This document shows, piece after piece, positions 58,644 through 64,000 of a stretch of DNA of 64,000 nt. Under the pieces are notes generated by a model that was not told where the DNA came from, made no database searches, and worked only from the letters and a program-made list of their open reading frames with translations. Positions within the stretch are counted from its first letter, which is position 1; every line of letters begins with the position of its first letter. Position numbers and translations under genes: made by a program. The stretch comes from a virus (taxonomy: Duplodnaviria; Caudoviricetes), in IMG/VR virus record IMGVR_UViG_3300022660_000065, positions 24,187 through 88,186 of that record; one strand, written 5' to 3'.

Positions 58644-59132
58644 ATGGCACAACCCGTAAAGAAAGATATTAAAAAAACCAATAAGATTAAGAAAATTAAG
58701 GTTAAACCTTCCAAACCTCAGAAAAGAAAGCATAAGGAATACGGTACTTCCAAGTTGGAGGAGAAGTTTGCGAAGGAATTTCTTGATAAACTTGGTGTAA
58801 AGTATGTTTATCAGTTCAAGGCTGAAAGTATTGGTAGGTATTTTGATTTTTATCTTCCGGAGTGTCGATTAATCATCGAAGTTGATGGGGGATATTGGCA
58901 TTCAGACCCGAGGGTTGTTGAGGGTAAAGAACTTACTCCAACACAAAAACATAATAAAAGGGTGGATGAACATAAAAATCGTTGGGCTTTGGAACACGGG
59001 ATACCAATTTTAAGGATATGGGAAAAAGATATACATGAAAATCCGAGTATGGTAATGAGAATCTTGAAGGAAAAGATAGGTACGAGTGCTAAGAAAGTTC
59101 AAATTGAAGAAGAAAAGAAAAAAAGACATTAG
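58644..59132 (+). CDS. Vsr/DUF559-like endonuclease
   Basis: SKLEEKFA, YFDFYLPECRLIIEVDGGYWH, DEHKNRWA..HGIPILRIWEKDI. Confidence 0.8.
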   Translation: MAQPVKKDIKKTNKIKKIKVKPSKPQKRKHKEYGTSKLEEKFAKEFLDKLGVKYVYQFKAESIGRYFDFYLPECRLIIEVDGGYWHSDPRVVEGKELTPTQKHNKRVDEHKNRWALEHGIPILRIWEKDIHENPSMVMRILKEKIGTSAKKVQIEEEKKKRH

Positions 59133-59134
59133 AA

Positions 59135-59746
59135 ATGGAGAGTAAGATATATATTCCGTATATTCCGATTCATGCTGCGTTATATTCTGATAAGCATGAT
59201 GAATTGGGGTATATTTGGGGTGACAAGAAAAGAGGAGATGGTTTGACGGCTGAGGAGTGGAAACGCAATCTTGGTAATGAGTTTAACGTACAGAATTCAA
59301 GAAACGTTGATTATTACATGTCCGGAGGAAATGTCAGTTATCTTAATAAGAAATATGGTGTTCTTGAATATAAGGAAAAGATGGCTGACAATACAAAATT
59401 TGAATTCTATGAGATAGGATGTCCAATTCTTAATCAGCGTAAAAACCTTATGCAGCCTATGGAATTGGTTAAGTGTCGCATGGAACAACTGATGTTTGTT
59501 ATGATTGTTGACCTTCCGATAAAGAATCTTGAACCTGATGTTGAATCAGAAATTCGTTTTTGGGTGCGTGACAGCATGCAGATTAACGTGCATCATGAAA
59601 TTCCTGAGGGGCAAAGGTTGAAAATGTTACCCACCAAAGATTTAAAGGTACAGTTGGGTGATGTTCAGGGAGTTTTAGTTAAATGTAGGGTGATAAATTT
59701 TGAAAAGCCCTATCGTCTTACTTTGTTAGTTGAAAAAATAAAATAA
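59135..59746 (+). CDS. Hypothetical protein (tail/baseplate region)
   Basis: 203-aa ORF coupled to its neighbours. Confidence 0.55.
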   Translation: MESKIYIPYIPIHAALYSDKHDELGYIWGDKKRGDGLTAEEWKRNLGNEFNVQNSRNVDYYMSGGNVSYLNKKYGVLEYKEKMADNTKFEFYEIGCPILNQRKNLMQPMELVKCRMEQLMFVMIVDLPIKNLEPDVESEIRFWVRDSMQINVHHEIPEGQRLKMLPTKDLKVQLGDVQGVLVKCRVINFEKPYRLTLLVEKIK

Positions 59747-59760
59747 AATATTTGATATTA

Positions 59761-61005
59761 ATGGAAAATATAAATCAAAGTGCACTTGATATTATTAAGT
59801 CTCAGTATGAAATGAATGAAACTACGTTGAGAAATACTGAGAGGGCTCTTAAAGACAGGTTGAAGAACGATGGAACAAAACTGTATACCCCACAGCAACT
59901 TGAAGAGCGTCTTCAGCCATTGAGAGCGATGCTTGATGACACTCTTCAGCAATATATTAAAGAAGGGGGTAATCCCGATGACCTTATAAAGAAAAAGGGG
60001 AAGAGACGTTCTGCTAAGGTAACGACAAATGAAACAACAACAGATGTGAAGAAAGTTAATAAAAGAGAAACGGAGATGAAAAGAACTAAGACAACATATA
60101 TCCCAAAGAAAAGGGATTTCGGTGCGTCAACCGCTTTCGATGTGATTCCTCTTCCATCTAAGGGTCTTCCTTATAAGCATAAGACTGACAGGCTTCAGGT
60201 TTCTTATCTTACAGCAAATGACGAGAATATGTTTGTATCACCAAACCTTTATAGGGATAATCTTCTTATTGACTATCTTCTTAATGAAAAAATTCTTGAT
60301 GCAGGTATAGAGCCTTCGGAATTGCTTGACGGGGACCGTGATGCTATCATTTTATGGCTTCGTGCTACAGGTTATGGTAATGAGTTTCCTATTACTGCAA
60401 CAGATAAAGCCACAGGCATTGAATTTGAGTCAATAGTAGATTTGTCAACAATTAATTTCAAGGAGTTTAATCTTGAGTCTGATGAGAATGGATGGTTTAC
60501 TTATAAATTACCTGCAAGTGGTGATGAGGTGAAGTTTAAGTTCCTTAATCATAGAGAGGTTGAGACTCTTAAGGGTATTGATACGGCTGAAAGTCCTGCA
60601 TCAGTGAAAACACGTCTTGAGACGATAAGTCAGGAATTAAGAAAGTTCCTTGATATTGATGAGATGCTGAATAAGGCTCAGAAAAGTAAATTGTATGAGG
60701 CTTGTAGAAGCATCGAGGATTGGCAGGAAGGAATTGAAGATGATGGAGTCTATTATACAAATTCCATTACCAACAGGCTTGAAGCGCAAGTGATGGCTGT
60801 CAATGGTAATACTAACCGTCAATATATTTCAGAGTATGTTTTGAATATGAATGTCCGTGATTCTCTTGCATTAAGAAAGTATATTAACGAGAATGAGCCG
60901 GGACTTGATTTTAATATAGAGGTTGAGAAGCCTCAGAGTCTTGGGGGTGGCTCACAGACTGTGTTTCTACCGCTTGACCAATTTATTTTTCTCAACATTG
61001 CCTGA
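59761..61005 (+). CDS. Tail assembly chaperone / baseplate hub subunit (gp26-like)
   Basis: DVIPLPSKG..Y, YLTANDEN, ELLDGDRDAIILWLRATGYG, DSLALRKYINENEPGLDF; upstream of the tape measure gene. Confidence 0.7.
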   Translation: MENINQSALDIIKSQYEMNETTLRNTERALKDRLKNDGTKLYTPQQLEERLQPLRAMLDDTLQQYIKEGGNPDDLIKKKGKRRSAKVTTNETTTDVKKVNKRETEMKRTKTTYIPKKRDFGASTAFDVIPLPSKGLPYKHKTDRLQVSYLTANDENMFVSPNLYRDNLLIDYLLNEKILDAGIEPSELLDGDRDAIILWLRATGYGNEFPITATDKATGIEFESIVDLSTINFKEFNLESDENGWFTYKLPASGDEVKFKFLNHREVETLKGIDTAESPASVKTRLETISQELRKFLDIDEMLNKAQKSKLYEACRSIEDWQEGIEDDGVYYTNSITNRLEAQVMAVNGNTNRQYISEYVLNMNVRDSLALRKYINENEPGLDFNIEVEKPQSLGGGSQTVFLPLDQFIFLNIA

Positions 61006-61225
61006 GGAATATGAAAAAAGTTTTAAGGAGGAAATTTGGGGGTGTTTTAAATATGTTGGAATCCCTATGGATATCCTTATGACGATGCCGATTGCGGATA
61101 GGAGGTTTTATATTATGATGCATAATAATCAGGATAATTCAAAGGCTCCTGAGATTGAATCTACGGGGCTTGAAGGCGAAAATGATAAACTTCAGATGTT
61201 ATCGGATGTAAAAGATTGGCATTAA
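60923..61225 (+). CDS. Overlapping-frame extension of the tail chaperone (G/GT-like), probably reached by frameshift
   Basis: LFFSTLPEEYEK...EEIWGCFKYVG..MTMPIADRRFYI, in the +1 frame overlapping the upstream stop. Confidence 0.6.
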   Translation: MRSLRVLGVAHRLCFYRLTNLFFSTLPEEYEKSFKEEIWGCFKYVGIPMDILMTMPIADRRFYIMMHNNQDNSKAPEIESTGLEGENDKLQMLSDVKDWH

Positions 61226-61238
61226 TGATAAATATGTT

Positions 61239-61270
61239 AAAAACCACCTGTTTTTCTTCAGGTGGTTTTT
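61239..61270 (+). terminator. Intrinsic terminator
   Basis: AAAAACCACCTG-loop-CAGGTGGTTTTT. Confidence 0.75.
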
Positions 61271-61308
61271 TGGTATAAGATATTTATAGACAATAAAGTT
61301 TATCAGCA

Positions 61309-64000
61309 ATGAGTGATAATATTGATAGAGGATATAATGGAAGGAGGGCGGCGGGAACACCCGGCGCTATTCCTGATGCACTTGGTGATGCAGGTGAATG
61401 GGTTGTGCGTGGTATTACTCGCGCAGTGCCAGGTGCGTTGGGTGGGGCTCTGAGGAAAGGTATTATTGATGCTGACCTTGGAGGTCTTATGGGTGAGGTG
61501 TTTGCTAATGTCCCGTTAGCAGGATTTCAGAAAAAAATTATTGATACTCTAAAAGGTCTTGGTGATGAACTTGGACAGGAGTGGGGAAAAGCGGACCAAG
61601 CGGCCTTTGGTTATGGTAAACAGATAGGTCTTGCCGCTGACCAAGTTGCTCGTCTCAGGGATGAGATGATTAAATTTGGTAATGCTTCTCGACTTAGTGC
61701 AAATTACAACAAATCGTTAGAAGAATTAATCAAACTGCAGAGTTCTTATGCAACTGCAGTGGATAGAAGTATTCGTCTTACTAATCAGCAACTTGAAAGC
61801 GTTGCCGCGATGTCTGCTGTTGTTGGCGATGATATGGCGGTCCGTTTCTCCGCATCTCTTGAAAATTTCGGAATGTCAGCAAATGATGCAGGTGAAATGT
61901 TGACGCAGATGTTCAGCAGGTCTACGAAACAAGGACTTTCATTGGAAAAATATGCCAAGAATGTTGCTGACCATATTATGTTGGCTCAAAAATATACTTT
62001 CAAGAAAGGTGTTGATGGGCTTACTGCAATGGCAGAAAAGGCCGCTAAGATGCGTGTTGATATGGATATGGTTGCTACATTGGCCGATAATCTTGGTAGT
62101 GTGGACAAATCGGTTAATGTATCTGCGCAACTTCAGGTTCTTGGTGGGCCATTTGCACAATTTGCAGACCCTATGGGGCTTCTTCATGATAGTCTTAATG
62201 ATATGGAAGGCCTTCAAGACCGCCTTATTAATCTTACAAATTCATTGGGAAGCTTTAATAGGTCTACAGGGGAGATAGAGATTGCCACTTTTGATAAACT
62301 TCGTCTTCGTGAGGCTGCCTCCGCAATGGGCGTTGATTATGGTAAGTTGATTGAACAAACCACAAATCAGGCTCGTAGGAATGAGATATCCTATCAGATG
62401 CGTGGCCTTTCAAATATTCCTGATGAATATAAAGAACTGTTGTTAAATACTGCAACATTTGAGAATGGTATTGCCGGTGCAAGGGGCGCTGATGGTGAGT
62501 TTAAATCGCTTGCAAGCCTTGATGGTAATGACCTTAAGGCATTGGCTGATTATAGCAAGACTGATTCTGAGAACATACGTGATATCGCTCAGATGCTTCG
62601 TGGGTATTTTGATGTACAACAGGGTGCTGAAAAACAGATTGCGACAACGAAAGCACAGAAGTTTGAAAGACAGGCTGCTTCAGTGAAGGGTGTTTATGAT
62701 GCTATTGGTCAGAATGCTAAGGCAATTAATAAACTCATAATGATAGAACTTGCAAGCAAATGGGTTAGTCCTGTATTGAATGGTGCTATGGGTAAAATTG
62801 GTGGCGCAGCCACAAGAATCATAGCGAAGAGAATGGGTCATGCTCATGGTGGCATGATTATGACGCATGCCGAAGGTGGCTATATTAGTAATGGTGAAGG
62901 TAATAGAGAAATGATTCTCAACTCAGCACAACATGGTGAGTTTGTCATTAATAGAGCGTCAACAATGAATTATTTACCGTTATTGGCATTATTGAATAGT
63001 GATACAAGTGGGCGTTTATTGAACACGTTTGGTGGTGGCATGGGTATGAATCCAATAATGGGTATGTTTGGTAAACAGGATAAAACAATGAGGGATATTG
63101 GTAAATGGATAAGACGAAGTGAAATGTCCACCATGGAACAAACCAAACTCATTGAACGTTGGGGAAGAATTAATAAACCTGATTCTACAATGACAAAAAC
63201 GTTAAGCAAATCTACCAATAATTTGAACAAGTTTACAGGCGTTTCTTCTAAGATTGCTAATGTTGGTGTTCCTGTTATTGCAGGAGTAACGGCTGCCGTA
63301 AGTGCTTCTCGTGGTTATAAATCTACCGGTGATGATTTTATGAATCGTGGTAAGGCTGTTGGTGGGACAATAGGTGCTACAGTTGGTGCTGTTGCTGCTT
63401 CAAGTCTTTTGTCATTAATACCTGTGGTTGGACCTATTCTTGGTGCTACAGTTGGACCTATGATTGGTTCTGCTGTTGGCGAAGCTGCAGGTGAGGCACT
63501 TGGCAAAGGTAATCAGGCTCGAAGAATTCGAAAGGATAATGAGATTCGTGCAGGAATAGAAAACGATACAGGAAGAGCAAAATATTCAACTCTGAAAGGT
63601 TCTTTTTCTGTTAGGGAGATGAAGAAGATTGCGGGGGCGTTGTCTGACGGTGAGATAGGAGAGGGTGAACTTAATGATAGCCTACGTCAGAAAATGATAG
63701 CCCTTGGAAATGAAGATATGTTAAAGGCTAAGAAATATGAAAGGGGTGGTTATCTTAATGGACCTTCACATGCTAATGGTGGAATACCGATAAGTAGTGC
63801 AGAAGGTGGGGAATTTATTATAAATAAAGAGGCTACTTCAAGGTCATTAAGTACTTTGACTCGAATAAATGATGGCTCGTTGAATGACAGCAACATACGT
63901 TCGCTTGAGCCTATGGGTGGGCGAGTGAAAGTTAGAGAAGGTGAAGTGCAACAAAATTTTGTACAGAATTCTCAGCCTGTTAAAATTGAACCGATAAACA
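61309..64000 (+). CDS. Tape measure protein (3'-truncated by the window; absent from the ORF track because it has no stop)
   Basis: ATG 61309 after GATATTTAT (61279); spot-checked segments read open to the window end; Ala/Gly-rich helical sequence with GGYLNGPSHANGG...AEGGEFIIN motifs; follows the chaperone. Confidence 0.8.
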   Translation, partial: MSDNIDRGYNGRRAAGTPGAIPDALGDAGEWVVRGITRAVPGALGGALRKGIIDADLGGLMGEVFANVPLAGFQKKIIDTLKGLGDELGQEWGKADQAAFGYGKQIGLAADQVARLRDEMIKFGNASRLSANYNKSLEELIKLQSSYATAVDRSIRLTNQQLESVAAMSAVVGDDMAVRFSASLENFGMSANDAGEMLTQMFSRSTKQGLSLEKYAKNVADHIMLAQKYTFKKGVDGLTAMAEKAAKMRVDMDMVATLADNLGSVDKSVNVSAQLQVLGGPFAQFADPMGLLHDSLNDMEGLQDRLINLTNSLGSFNRSTGEIEIATFDKLRLREAASAMGVDYGKLIEQTTNQARRNEISYQMRGLSNIPDEYKELLLNTATFENGIAGARGADGEFKSLASLDGNDLKALADYSKTDSENIRDIAQMLRGYFDVQQGAEKQIATTKAQKFERQAASVKGVYDAIGQNAKAINKLIMIELASKWVSPVLNGAMGKIGGAATRIIAKRMGHAHGGMIMTHAEGGYISNGEGNREMILNSAQHGEFVINRASTMNYLPLLALLNSDTSGRLLNTFGGGMGMNPIMGMFGKQDKTMRDIGKWIRRSEMSTMEQTKLIERWGRINKPDSTMTKTLSKSTNNLNKFTGVSSKIANVGVPVIAGVTAAVSASRGYKSTGDDFMNRGKAVGGTIGATVGAVAASSLLSLIPVVGPILGATVGPMIGSAVGEAAGEALGKGNQARRIRKDNEIRAGIENDTGRAKYSTLKGSFSVREMKKIAGALSDGEIGEGELNDSLRQKMIALGNEDMLKAKKYERGGYLNGPSHANGGIPISSAEGGEFIINKEATSRSLSTLTRINDGSLNDSNIRSLEPMGGRVKVREGEVQQNFVQNSQPVKIEPIN

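Noticed and set aside
1-64000. Stop-codon reassignment (as in some gut jumbo phages)
   Set aside because: Long conserved genes are intact in code 11, and TAA, TAG and TGA all end genes at sensible boundaries
1-64000. CRISPR array, tRNA or rRNA genes
   Set aside because: No regularly spaced repeats or cloverleaf-like sequences were seen in the short intergenic regions (by eye; tRNAscan-SE was not run)

Overview
This window is part of a large T4-like (myovirus) jumbo-phage genome. It is AT-rich, uses standard code 11, is densely coding, and its promoter and leader features point to a possible Bacteroidota host. It holds the head module (acidic core proteins, gp21-type protease, scaffold, gp23-type major capsid, gp13-type neck, gp20-type portal) and the tail module (gp14/gp15-like, gp18 sheath, gp19 tube, tail chaperone/hub, 5' part of the tape measure gene). 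Between them is a mostly leftward block: baseplate-like genes, a gp55-like late sigma factor, three glycosyltransferases, PhoH, a HAD nucleotidase, a GMP reductase, and WYL, papain, ART, ArdC-like, NadD, zincin, SNF2 and kinase-fold proteins. Most notable: (1) a GuaC/IMPDH-family gene broken into two ORFs, each carrying half of a naturally split intein, with a free-standing NUMOD3/Vsr-like endonuclease gene between them; (2) a family of about 10 N-terminal leaders ending in (I/L)xE, which look like protease-cleavable capsid-targeting signals attached to unrelated effector domains; (3) two candidate recoding sites (an A10 run in a head-core gene and a +1/-2 site in the tail chaperone); (4) a recurring ACTATTTAT motif upstream of structural and cargo genes (putative late promoter); (5) a roughly 97% AT divergent intergenic segment that may be the replication origin. 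No tRNA, rRNA or CRISPR array was recognised, and no terminase was identified in the window. All family calls come from motif recognition by eye, not from database searches.
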